A stretch of 64,000 nucleotides of DNA from Chthoniobacterales bacterium (GTDB lineage: Bacteria > Verrucomicrobiota > Verrucomicrobiia > Chthoniobacterales > Chthoniobacteraceae), in the NCBI GenBank assembly GCA_038207335.1, contig JBBQZX010000001.1, positions 160,001-224,000 of the forward strand, read 5' to 3'. A model generated the notes under the pieces. That model did not search any database. It was not told the origin of the DNA and worked only from the letters and a program-made list of their open reading frames with translations. A program made the translations under genes and the position numbers. Below, piece after piece: positions 29,304 through 44,056 of the stretch (positions are counted from its first letter, which is position 1; each line of letters begins with the position of its first letter).

Positions 29304-30146
29304 GTGAGAAAGCAAGCGATTGGGCTGGTGTGCGCGAGTTTAGCGGTCGGACTTTGGGGTTGGCTTCTGACGCATGATCGCGGCGAGGTGATTCCCGCTC
29401 GAGCTGCGCAGGGGGCGGAGGAGGACGTGAAACCAGTGGTGAGCGCGATCGCCGAGCGGCAAGCTGATGAACATGTTTCAGGCAACTCCGCTGAAACCAA
29501 GGCAACGGAGGGCGCTCGCACCGTCCTGACCGACCGCGAGGTGGCGCGGAATGCGACTGCACTCGCGCAGGAAGGGAAATTCAAGGAGGCGAAGGAGCTC
29601 GTCGAAGAAATCGGGAAACGTTCGGGGGACGGAGCGGTGTATTTTGAGTTGAAAGGGACGGTGCTGACTCTGGAGAAGGATTACGCGGGTGCGGAGGTGA
29701 GTTTTTCGAAGATGCTCGAGCGGCAGCCGAATTCGCATGTCGCGCGGTTCAATCGGGCGGAGACGATCATGCTGCAGGGCCGCTTCGCAGAGGCGGAGAA
29801 GGAGTTTGCTCTTGTCGAGGAGGAGCGCAGTGCGGTCGATGCACCGGTGTCGGCGCTGGCGCGATTTAAACGTGTGGCCTGCCTGCTCGGGCAGCGGCAG
29901 GTGATGGCGGCGGCGTTGCTGGTGCCGCCGGTGCGCGAGGCGGAGGAAATTCCGGCGTTTTACTACGCTAGGGCGATGATCGAATGGGTGCGCAAAGACC
30001 CCCAGGCTGCGAACAAGCTGTTGAGCGAGGCGCGCTCAAAATTTCCGCCGAGTGTGGATGACCTCTACACTGACACGTTTGTGGAGTTGCACTGGGGGCG
30101 GCGGGATGAATCCGGAAAGTTCAGCTTTTCTCCTGGGTTTCGATAG
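29304..30146 (+). CDS. Membrane-anchored tetratricopeptide repeat protein
   Basis: N-terminal TM followed by TPR-like helices (YFELKGTVL..KDYAGAE..F, ARFNRAE..GRFAEA). GTG start inferred. Confidence 0.75.
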   Translation: MRKQAIGLVCASLAVGLWGWLLTHDRGEVIPARAAQGAEEDVKPVVSAIAERQADEHVSGNSAETKATEGARTVLTDREVARNATALAQEGKFKEAKELVEEIGKRSGDGAVYFELKGTVLTLEKDYAGAEVSFSKMLERQPNSHVARFNRAETIMLQGRFAEAEKEFALVEEERSAVDAPVSALARFKRVACLLGQRQVMAAALLVPPVREAEEIPAFYYARAMIEWVRKDPQAANKLLSEARSKFPPSVDDLYTDTFVELHWGRRDESGKFSFSPGFR

Positions 30147-30293
30147 AGGGAGCTACCTGTTGAATCGGGGTAAAACGACGTTTTGCCGTCGTGGGTGATC
30201 GTACTGGTGGGGGGCATCGTCGGCTACGAATGACAGCTGCCGCTTTTGCCACGCGAAACGCCTCCGCTACAGGAATGTGCAAGCCGCCTCGCG

Positions 30294-31853
30294 TTACCTC
30301 GACGGTTGCGCGGCTTCGAGCCGGTCACCGGCCGTGGCACCTTGGAAGCAGCCCCAATATGTGTTCGTCTTCGGGATGAAGAGGCCGCTGCCGTTGGCAT
30401 TCGGGGCGTTCGGGATGGGCCTCACGGTGAAGAGGAAGCCGCCGGTGCTGGGGCGACCAACCCAACGCGTGAGGATGGAGGCGGGCGTGAGCTGGCCGGC
30501 TCGGGCACCGGTCTGAAATATGACGGGTGGCGCGAAGTCCGCCCCTGTGAGGGTGACGGTGACGGTGCCGGACGGCTGCTGGGTGCGGACGGAGAAGAGG
30601 CTGCCGTTTGCTACGAGTGTGGTATCGAGCGCGGCGGCGGGTGCCGGTGCGGGACGAGGGGGCAGGCTCCACGCGAGTTCGCCGGTGATGTCGGTGGCTG
30701 GGAGGTTTGCGAGCAGAAATTCGCCCGCGACGGATGAGGGAGCGCTACGTTGGCTGGGGCGGTAGAGGAGAAAGGTGCCATTGTCCAAAAGGATGGTGCC
30801 TGCGGTGATCGGGCGACCGTCCGGGAGCTTGCCACCGGTGCGGATGCGGCCTTTTGAAGTGCTTCGGACTGTGAGGTATCCGCCGCCGGAGACCTCGGAT
30901 TGGTCGGCACCGGCGAGGGCGAGGTGGTAAACCTTCGATTGAGCCGCCGCTGCGACGTGCCGCAGGGAGCCGGTGAAAGTCTCCCCGTTGTGCACGACGC
31001 TGACAGCGAACCGCCCGGAGCGCCCCTGCCCGTCCACTTTCCCACTGAGAGTGCCGAGCGCGAAGCGGACGCCAGTGCTGCCTTTCGCGCGCACCCGGGC
31101 CGTGCTTGCGGTAGTGCCGAGTGTGACTTTCACATAGACCGCGCTGCGGAAGACGCTGGCTGTGGCCGTGCCAGCGACTGCGCCATCGGCGTCGTAGAGG
31201 AGCCCAGCCCAGCGTTGATTTTTGGCAGCAAGCTCGCTGGGTGCGACATCGATCGTGGCGGTGCCTGTCGCCTTGCCGTCCGTGAAAGTGTAGGTGAGCG
31301 TGCCGCTGAAGTTGGCCGGGAGCACGAGCGCGCGTCCGTCGATAAGGACCGCGGGGTCGCTGACGCTGACGAGGGTCAGTAGTGCGCCGGAGGGGGAAGG
31401 ATCGTTGGCGAGCGGGAAAATGCGGGTGGTGCCGCTGGTCGTGGTGAGCGCGTCGTCGGTGCCGAGGAGCGGCAGCTGGGTCTCCACGACCCACGTGACG
31501 CTTGCGGGGGAGGCATCCACATTGCCGGATTGGTCGATGGCGCGGACTTCGTAGGTATGGGAGCCATCTGCCAGGCCGCTGAGGCTGACGGGGCTTGTCA
31601 CCGCCGTGAAGGGCGCACCGTCCAAACGCCCTTCAAAGGTCAGGGCCTCGGATGGCGTCACGTCGTCCATGCCGGTAAAGGTGATCGTCGAGTCCGTGCT
31701 CGCGGTCGGCGTCGGCTGGGTGCTGGTGATATTCGTCTCCGGGGGCGTGATGTCCTCCCCCTCCGCGCGCAGGAGGCGTGCGGGGAGCAGGGCGAAAATC
31801 GCGATGAGCGCGACGCACAAAGTATGAGAGAGGCGGAGGTGGTTGGTTTTCAT
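30294..31853 (-). CDS. Secreted protein with Ig-like and cadherin/Big_9-like domains
   Basis: Signal peptide MKTNHLRL...[45 protein letters not shown]. Confidence 0.75.
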   Translation of the reverse strand: MKTNHLRLSHTLCVALIAIFALLPARLLRAEGEDITPPETNITSTQPTPTASTDSTITFTGMDDVTPSEALTFEGRLDGAPFTAVTSPVSLSGLADGSHTYEVRAIDQSGNVDASPASVTWVVETQLPLLGTDDALTTTSGTTRIFPLANDPSPSGALLTLVSVSDPAVLIDGRALVLPANFSGTLTYTFTDGKATGTATIDVAPSELAAKNQRWAGLLYDADGAVAGTATASVFRSAVYVKVTLGTTASTARVRAKGSTGVRFALGTLSGKVDGQGRSGRFAVSVVHNGETFTGSLRHVAAAAQSKVYHLALAGADQSEVSGGGYLTVRSTSKGRIRTGGKLPDGRPITAGTILLDNGTFLLYRPSQRSAPSSVAGEFLLANLPATDITGELAWSLPPRPAPAPAAALDTTLVANGSLFSVRTQQPSGTVTVTLTGADFAPPVIFQTGARAGQLTPASILTRWVGRPSTGGFLFTVRPIPNAPNANGSGLFIPKTNTYWGCFQGATAGDRLEAAQPSR

Positions 31854-32022
31854 CGAGAGCAGGCGGAGGAGGATGCAAATCGCGGCGAGTCCGTGGGGCG
31901 CATTCGCGTATCGTAGGATGTAAAGCGTGGGCGAGCCAGTCGCTTTTCGGCACGCGGGCGGACGCGTCGCTTGTGAGGGGAGAGCGCGGGACGGCTCGGA
32001 GTTTGCTCTCAACCACAAACCC

Positions 32023-32808
32023 ATGAAAATCGTTGGATTCTTCGCCGGTCTCCTCGCCGCTGCTGCCGTCTGGATCGCCACGCTCGTGTTCCTCGCTCTG
32101 CTGCTCGAGTGGACGCCTCTGGCGTACCGCCAATATGGACTCATCGCGCTGGCTGTCGTCATCTTCGGCGGAGCGATCGGCGGCTGGCGCGCTGCGAAAG
32201 AAGCGAACGCGGCCGTCGAGCGGGCGTCGCGCCGGGCTGCTCGGAGGCGTGCCGCAAAAGCCGCGGGTGTGATCAAAGTGCTGCGGCAGGAGTCGCAACA
32301 GGTGGCGGATCGGCGGCTCATGGAGAAAGATTTGGACACGCGGCTCGAAGGTGCGCGCGAGCTGGCAAAGCAGCTCCCGACTTTCCTCAAAAATGCGGAA
32401 ATCGCGCTCGACGATGCGGAGCGCGAGCTGGTGACGCACGGGCTTGTGCCGTTTTGGGAGGCGATCGAGCGGACCGCGGAGCACCTCGCGAATTTCAACG
32501 CCGCACTCGAATCGCTCGCGGAGAAATGCCGCCACTATCGGCGCGACGCTACGCGGCTCGCGAGCGCCGTGCCGCCTTTCACGCTGGGACCTGCTGCGCT
32601 GCCCGATTTCGCGCCCGCAGCGCGCCGCATGGAGGCGCTGATCGACCGCACGCGCGGCGATTTGGATTTCTCTGCGATCTATGAGTTGCGAAAGGCGGGC
32701 GTGATTCCGGCGGCAGGGTTTCTCACGCTGGCGCACGCGATCCACAGCCTGCCGGGAACGCTCGCGCGGTCGGTGGACTCGCTAGCGGAGACGATGACGG
32801 CGGCATGA
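32023..32808 (+). CDS. Hypothetical membrane protein (2 N-terminal TM, helical C-terminus)
   Basis: [11 protein letters not shown]... two hydrophobic segments followed by a coiled-coil-like region. Confidence 0.65.
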   Translation: MKIVGFFAGLLAAAAVWIATLVFLALLLEWTPLAYRQYGLIALAVVIFGGAIGGWRAAKEANAAVERASRRAARRRAAKAAGVIKVLRQESQQVADRRLMEKDLDTRLEGARELAKQLPTFLKNAEIALDDAERELVTHGLVPFWEAIERTAEHLANFNAALESLAEKCRHYRRDATRLASAVPPFTLGPAALPDFAPAARRMEALIDRTRGDLDFSAIYELRKAGVIPAAGFLTLAHAIHSLPGTLARSVDSLAETMTAA

Positions 32809-32887
32809 TGGGGCGGGCTACCGCCATCCCCTCATCGGCTTGCCTTCCACGCCGGCTCCGCTACCGTCCGCGGCCCTCGCATTTTGG

Positions 32888-33562
32888 ATGGAAAATAATT
32901 CGCAACCTCATCTCGTCGCGCGCGACCTCCGGCGTTCGTTCAAGCTTGCGTCGCGGACGATTGATGTGCTGCGCGGGATCAGCGTGGATGTGAGGCGTGG
33001 CGAGGCGGTTTTCCTGTGCGGAGCATCGGGCGCGGGGAAGACGACACTGCTCTACACGCTCGCTGGTTTGGAGCGACCCGAGTCGGGCACGGTGAGCTTC
33101 GAGGGGCACCAGCTTTACGGCAGTGAATCGGCGGATGCGAAGATTCGCAACGAGCGCGTCGGGTTCGTTTTCCAAGGCTACTTTCTCCTCTCCGAACTCA
33201 CCGCGCTCGAGAACGTCCTGCTGCCGACGATGATCGGCGGGAAGCTCAAGCGCGAGCGCGCGGAGGAAGCGCTGGAGCGCGTCGGGTTGAAGGACCGGTT
33301 GCATCATTTGCCGCCGGAACTCAGCGGCGGCGAGCAGCAGCGTGTGGCCATCGCGCGCGCTCTCATCAACGATCCAACGATCATTTTCGCCGACGAACCG
33401 ACCGGAAATCTCGACTCGAAAACCGGCGAAGGGATCATCGAGTTGCTGCTCGCGCTCGTGAAGCAAAACGGCAAGACACTCGTCGTGGTCACGCACGATG
33501 CGAACCTGGCAGTGCGCGGCGATCGCCGCCTCGAAATTCAGGACGGCTTGCTCGCGAGCTGA
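32888..33562 (+). CDS. ABC transporter ATP-binding protein (LolD-like)
   Basis: GASGAGKT, LSGGEQQRVAIARA, ADEPTGNLD, VTHD. Confidence 0.92.
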   Translation: MENNSQPHLVARDLRRSFKLASRTIDVLRGISVDVRRGEAVFLCGASGAGKTTLLYTLAGLERPESGTVSFEGHQLYGSESADAKIRNERVGFVFQGYFLLSELTALENVLLPTMIGGKLKRERAEEALERVGLKDRLHHLPPELSGGEQQRVAIARALINDPTIIFADEPTGNLDSKTGEGIIELLLALVKQNGKTLVVVTHDANLAVRGDRRLEIQDGLLAS

Positions 33563-33598
33563 GTCTCGGCGAAGCTCACGACCCTTTTACTTTTACGC

Positions 33599-34477
33599 AT
33601 GAAGAGTCTCCAAATTTACATCGACGGCGCGTTTCATCCGGAGGCCGACGCAAAGGTTTCCGTATTCGATCATGGCCTCCTTTACGGCGACGGAATTTTC
33701 GAGGGCATCCGCTTTTACAACGGCCGCGTCTTCAAGCTCGACGAGCATCTCGCGCGGCTCTGGGATTCTGCAAAGGCGATCTGCCTCACGATCCCGCTCA
33801 CGCGCGCGGAGATGGAGGCCGCGACGCTCGCGACCATCCGCGAAAATGGCCTGCGCGACGGATACCTGCGGCTCCTCGTGACGCGCGGCGTCGGCAATCT
33901 CGGCCTCAGCCCGGACCGGTGTAAAGTCGCGTCGGTGATCATCATCGCCGCGACGATCCAGCTTTACCCGGCGGAAAAATACGCAACCGGCATGGAAATG
34001 GTGACGTGCGGCACGCGCCGCTGCTCTCCCGCCGCGCTGAGCCCTGCAGTGAAGTCGCTGAACTACCTCAACAACATCATGGCGAAGATCGAGGCGAACC
34101 ACGCCGGTGCTGATGAGGGCTTGATGTTGAATGAGGAGGGCTACGTCGCGGAATGCACGGGCGACAATATTTTCGCCGTGAAAAATGGCGAGATCACGAC
34201 GCCGCCGATCTCCTCCGGCGCGCTTAAAGGGATCACGCGGCAGGTCGTTTTCGACATTTGCGCGGAGCTCGGAATTCCAATCCGCGAGGCCCAAATGACG
34301 CGCTACGACATCTACACGGCGGACGAATGTTTCCTCACCGGCACGGCGGCGGAAGTCATTGCCGCGATCAAGCTCGACACGCGTGCGCTCGGCGATGGAA
34401 AGCTAGGCCCGATCACCGCGCGCATCGTGGAGAAGTTCCGCGATTTGACGCAGAGCACGGGCACGCCAGTTTACTAG
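33599..34477 (+). CDS. ilvE: Branched-chain amino acid aminotransferase
   Basis: DHGLLYGDGIFEGIR, KSLNYLNN, GITR, FLTGTAAEV. Confidence 0.95.
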   Translation: MKSLQIYIDGAFHPEADAKVSVFDHGLLYGDGIFEGIRFYNGRVFKLDEHLARLWDSAKAICLTIPLTRAEMEAATLATIRENGLRDGYLRLLVTRGVGNLGLSPDRCKVASVIIIAATIQLYPAEKYATGMEMVTCGTRRCSPAALSPAVKSLNYLNNIMAKIEANHAGADEGLMLNEEGYVAECTGDNIFAVKNGEITTPPISSGALKGITRQVVFDICAELGIPIREAQMTRYDIYTADECFLTGTAAEVIAAIKLDTRALGDGKLGPITARIVEKFRDLTQSTGTPVY

Positions 34478-34483
34478 CCAGCG

Positions 34484-34969
34484 ATGAATTGCGACGTCTG
34501 CAAGCAAAACGCGGCCACCGTTTTCCTGACCCAAATCGTGGACGGGAAAATGCAGAAGGTGAATCTCTGCGAGAGCTGCTCGAAAGAAAAAGGCGTGACC
34601 GATCCGACGGGCTTCGCGCTCGCCGATCTGCTGCTCGGGCTCGGCGCCGCGCAGGAGATGGAACGCGGCGGCACGGTGCAGAAATGCGCCGTCTGCGGCT
34701 TCAGTCAGGCGGACTTCAAAAAGACCGGTCGGCTCGGCTGCAGTGCGTGCTACGAGACGTTCGCGGACGGCTTGGAGGCATTGCTAAAAGGGATGCACAA
34801 AGGCACCGCGCACGTCGGGAAAAAGCCGTCGCGCATCGCGAAGTCTCTCGAAGTCGAGGAGGAGTTGAGGACGCTGAAAAGCGATCTTCAAAAAGCGGTG
34901 AGTGAGGAAAACTACGAGTCCGCCGCGGAACTGCGCGACAAAATCAGGCACCTCGAAGTCCAGGTGTAG
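34484..34969 (+). CDS. mcsA: McsA-like protein (4 CxxC + UVR motif), arginine kinase activator family
   Basis: CDVC, CESC, CAVC, GRLGCSAC, HVGKKP, ENYESAAELRDKI. Confidence 0.85.
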   Translation: MNCDVCKQNAATVFLTQIVDGKMQKVNLCESCSKEKGVTDPTGFALADLLLGLGAAQEMERGGTVQKCAVCGFSQADFKKTGRLGCSACYETFADGLEALLKGMHKGTAHVGKKPSRIAKSLEVEEELRTLKSDLQKAVSEENYESAAELRDKIRHLEVQV

Positions 34970-35188
34970 TCGCGAGGTTGCAGGCGGGATCGCCGATCCC
35001 GACTTCTGGCCCACCCCGCGCGACGCTCCCAAGCTCGTTCAGGCGTTCTCCAAAATCCCGGACGCCTGTCTCCCGCAATCACGGATCGAAGCGACGCGCG
35101 AAGCGAGGGCGCGAGTGCCGGGAAAACTAGAGCTTCCAAGACTGGTGAATCCCCATCTGGAGCGTTGAGAACGAGTTCGGAATCCGAC

Positions 35189-35623
35189 CTACAGGTGGGA
35201 TTCGATGGCGCGCGCGTAGGAATCGAGCGTGCGCTCGTAGGTGACGTCGTCGGTGGGGTCGTTTGGATCGGGTCCGAGCGAAAGGATCACAAAGCCGGGA
35301 GGGCCTTTTTCGGAGCGATGGTATTGGAAAGGTCGGCCGAAGGGGTCCGGGAAGATTACATCCGCCAAACGAGGGACGCCGGGAGGCGGATCGATCAAGA
35401 CCGAGAATCCCTCTGCGTTGGTGGGAACTCGGCTAGTCTTGAGGAAGAAAACATAGCACTGGGTGCCGAGCGACATCATCTCGGTCCTGAAATTCGTGTC
35501 GCAGCGGCATCCGTCGAGGGGCGAAAGCGACCGAAGGGCGGCGATGGTGAAATAGAGGCCGCCAATGGCAAAAAGGGCACCAAGGGTGAATAGGTGCAAG
35601 CGGCGAGGAGAAAATGCCGGCAT
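35189..35623 (-). CDS. GspG-like pseudopilin-domain protein
   Basis: N-terminal TM; PTNAEGFSVL, DPFGRPFQY, ILSLGPD resemble the T2SS GspG C-terminal domain. No clear prepilin GFTLxE motif. Confidence 0.6.
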   Translation of the reverse strand: MPAFSPRRLHLFTLGALFAIGGLYFTIAALRSLSPLDGCRCDTNFRTEMMSLGTQCYVFFLKTSRVPTNAEGFSVLIDPPPGVPRLADVIFPDPFGRPFQYHRSEKGPPGFVILSLGPDPNDPTDDVTYERTLDSYARAIESHL

Positions 35624-35688
35624 CCGAGAGTGCATATCTCCGAATACGAACGAACCGTCAGGACACAATCGGATTCGTCGCAGCGAGT

Positions 35689-41352
<5,664 letters not shown>

Positions 41353-41486
41353 GAAAAAGGCCGGAAAGCTCGCGCGCCTCGCGGCGATTTGCAACCGGAG
41401 CAACGGAACGCAGCAAATGGGCCGAGCGCTGCTTTTCTGTTTTCCTGCCCCGGCGAATCCGGCACACCGCTCGCGCCCCACGCACC

Positions 41487-42968
41487 GTGCTTTTCAACAG
41501 CCACACTTTCATCTTCGCGTTCCTGCCGGCGACGCTCCTCGGCTTCTTTTTGCTCGGCGGCCGGGGTTGGAATCGCGCGGCTTCGGTCTGGCTCTGCGCG
41601 GCGTCGCTGGTTTTTTACGCGTGGTGGAATCCGACCGGTGACGGCGCGACGTGGAGTCCAAAATATCTGGCGCTCATCGTCGGCTCGATCGTGTGCAACT
41701 ACGTGCTCGGCGTCGCGATCAGCTCGGCAAATGAGCGCGACGCGGTCAGGCGCGCGCGGGGCTTCCTCATCGTCGGCGTGAGCGCGAATCTCGCGCTGCT
41801 CGCGTGGTTCAAATACGCGGCATTTTTCGCGCAAAATGCGAACGCGATGTTCGGCACCCACTGGCAGGTCGGGCGCATCGCGCTGCCGCTCGCGATCTCG
41901 TTCTTCACGTTCACGCAGATCGCTTACCTCGTCGATGCGTGGCACGGCGTGACGCGGGAATTCAACTTCCGCTGGTATTTCCTGTTCGTGAGTTTTTTCC
42001 CGCATCTCATCGCGGGGCCGATCGTGCTGTATCGCAGCCTCATGCCGCAGTTCGCGCGACCGGAAGTGTGGCGTTTCAACGCGGATAATTTCGCGCGCGG
42101 GCTGTCGCTGTTCGTCGCGGGACTTTGCAAGAAAGTCGTCATCGCCGATGCGCTGTCGCCGATTGCGGGCGCAGTTTTCGACAGCGGGAATCCGGGCGCG
42201 GCGACGGCGTGGGCGGGCGCGCTGGCTTACACGCTCCAGCTTTACTTCGACTTCTCCGGCTATTCGGACATGGCGATCGGGCTCGGGCGGATGTTCAACG
42301 TCGCGTTTCCGCAGAACTTCAATTCGCCCTACAAAGCGCGCGACATCATCGACTTTTGGCGGCGCTGGCACATCACGCTTTCGACGTTCCTGCGCGACCA
42401 TCTCTACATCCCGCTCGGTGGAAATCGCAAAGGCCCGGCGCGGCGCTACGTGAATCTCTTTCTCACGATGTTGCTGGGCGGACTGTGGCACGGCGCGGGT
42501 TGGACATTCGTGATCTGGGGCGGGCTGCACGGCATCTATCTCGCGATCAATCATGCGTGGCTACGCGTGACGCGCGGCGCGGCGTGGAGCGAAGCGCGGC
42601 CAGCGCGATTTTTCGGACGCGCGCTCACTCTGCTCGCTGTCGTCGTTGGCTGGGTTTTCTTTCGCGCCGCGTCGGCGGGCGATGCGGTGAAAATACTCGC
42701 CGGGATGGCTGGCGCTCGTGGGATTGGCGGGCTGGGGAGTCTGCAAATATCAGGGTTAGCGATGGTAGCATTCGCGGGCGGCATCGCGCTTTTTGCTCCG
42801 AATACGAACGAGATTTTCGAGCTCGCGCTGCCGGCGAAAGCGCAACCGGAGGCTCCTCGGCCGCGGTGGGTATTGACGCCAATCACGGCCGGCCTCGTCG
42901 CGTGCGCGTTCGTCTTCGCGGTGCTGCATTTGTCGCGGATGACGGAGTTTCTCTACTTCCAGTTCTGA
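41487..42968 (+). CDS. MBOAT O-acyltransferase (AlgI/PatA/DltB-like)
   Basis: LPLAISFFTF, FFPHLIAGPI, QLYFDFSGYSDMA, FWRRWHITLS, GLWHGA. Confidence 0.93.
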   Translation: MLFNSHTFIFAFLPATLLGFFLLGGRGWNRAASVWLCAASLVFYAWWNPTGDGATWSPKYLALIVGSIVCNYVLGVAISSANERDAVRRARGFLIVGVSANLALLAWFKYAAFFAQNANAMFGTHWQVGRIALPLAISFFTFTQIAYLVDAWHGVTREFNFRWYFLFVSFFPHLIAGPIVLYRSLMPQFARPEVWRFNADNFARGLSLFVAGLCKKVVIADALSPIAGAVFDSGNPGAATAWAGALAYTLQLYFDFSGYSDMAIGLGRMFNVAFPQNFNSPYKARDIIDFWRRWHITLSTFLRDHLYIPLGGNRKGPARRYVNLFLTMLLGGLWHGAGWTFVIWGGLHGIYLAINHAWLRVTRGAAWSEARPARFFGRALTLLAVVVGWVFFRAASAGDAVKILAGMAGARGIGGLGSLQISGLAMVAFAGGIALFAPNTNEIFELALPAKAQPEAPRPRWVLTPITAGLVACAFVFAVLHLSRMTEFLYFQF

Positions 42969-42971
42969 TCC

Positions 42972-44027
42972 GTGAAGCCGATCGCACCCCGCACATTTCT
43001 CGCGTTCGCCGCTGGGCTCGCCGTCGCGCTGCTGGCGGCTGTCGCGTGGATGAATTGGCGCGTCGATCCGCTCCAGTTCTACCGCGCCGCAGCATATCCT
43101 CCGCTGCTTTCCGACGAGGCGCGCTATCAATATCCCGGGCTCGCGAAGCACTGCGATTTCGACACGCTCATCCTCGGGACATCGGTTTCGCTGGGCTTCG
43201 ATCCCACGCATCTGCGAGCCGCTCTGAGCCCGCGGACGCTGAATCTCGCGATGGCAGGAGCGTCGGCGCATGAGCAATCGAAGCTGCTCGGACTTGCGCT
43301 GCGGAGCGGGCGCGTGCGGCATGTCGTTTGGGATTTGAATTACGAGTTTTTCTGCGGCGCGCCGGATTGGACCTCGGACACGGACGGCGTATTCCCGGCG
43401 TATTTCTACGATACGAATCCGTGGAACGAGGTGCCGTATTATCTGCTGAGTCTGGATACGACGAAGAGCGCGCTGCGGGTGCTCTCGGGGCGATACGAGC
43501 GGCGCACGGTCACATCGCTGAGCCGGATGAAGAGCGCACGCAAGCCCAGTGTTGAAGCGGTGCGGCAGGCGTTTGAGCGTGCGCTGAAATCCGGGCGATT
43601 CATTTTCGCGCAGCACCCGGAGGAGTTTGCACCGGAACGCACGCGGGCGAGTTTCGATGCGAATGTGATCGCAGTCGTGAGGGCGCATCCGGACGTGAAG
43701 TTTGACTTGTTTTTTCCGCCGGTATCGGCGGCTTATCACGCGTTGATTCGCGAGACTGCGCCGCATGTGTTCGAGGATGAATTTCGATGGAAGGAATACG
43801 TGGCAACGACTGCTGAAGGGGCGAAAACGTCGAACGTCCGCGTGCATGATTTGCAGGGTATGGAGGCGATCGTGACGGATTTTCGGCGATACGTGGACAC
43901 GGTGCATTTCGATGCGCGGACTCATGACGAGGTGATCGACGCGATCGTCGCGCGGACGCACCTCGCGACTCCGGAGGAATTGAAGACGACGGAGGCATTG
44001 CTGCGGCGTGCGGCGGTGCCGCCGTGA
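42972..44027 (+). CDS. Periplasmic SGNH-like partner of the MBOAT (AlgJ/DltD-like, putative)
   Basis: N-terminal TM, VDP, ILGTS, NLAMAG, DTVH; 3 nt after the MBOAT stop. Confidence 0.65.
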   Translation: MKPIAPRTFLAFAAGLAVALLAAVAWMNWRVDPLQFYRAAAYPPLLSDEARYQYPGLAKHCDFDTLILGTSVSLGFDPTHLRAALSPRTLNLAMAGASAHEQSKLLGLALRSGRVRHVVWDLNYEFFCGAPDWTSDTDGVFPAYFYDTNPWNEVPYYLLSLDTTKSALRVLSGRYERRTVTSLSRMKSARKPSVEAVRQAFERALKSGRFIFAQHPEEFAPERTRASFDANVIAVVRAHPDVKFDLFFPPVSAAYHALIRETAPHVFEDEFRWKEYVATTAEGAKTSNVRVHDLQGMEAIVTDFRRYVDTVHFDARTHDEVIDAIVARTHLATPEELKTTEALLRRAAVPP

Positions 44028-44056
44028 GACGCCCTTCGGCTTTGTGCTACGCCGCT

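Noticed and set aside
15144..32000. Prophage, integrative element or DGR as the explanation for the accessory block
   Set aside because: No integrase, transposase, reverse transcriptase, phage gene, tRNA target or flanking direct repeat seen.
31854..32498. N-terminal 215 aa of the 734-aa minus-strand ORF
   Set aside because: Antisense to the membrane protein at 32023; a signal peptide begins at ATG 31853.
34970..35188. tRNA, tmRNA or riboswitch in the spacer after mcsA
   Set aside because: No cloverleaf, T-loop or recognisable aptamer consensus; only REP-like dyads.
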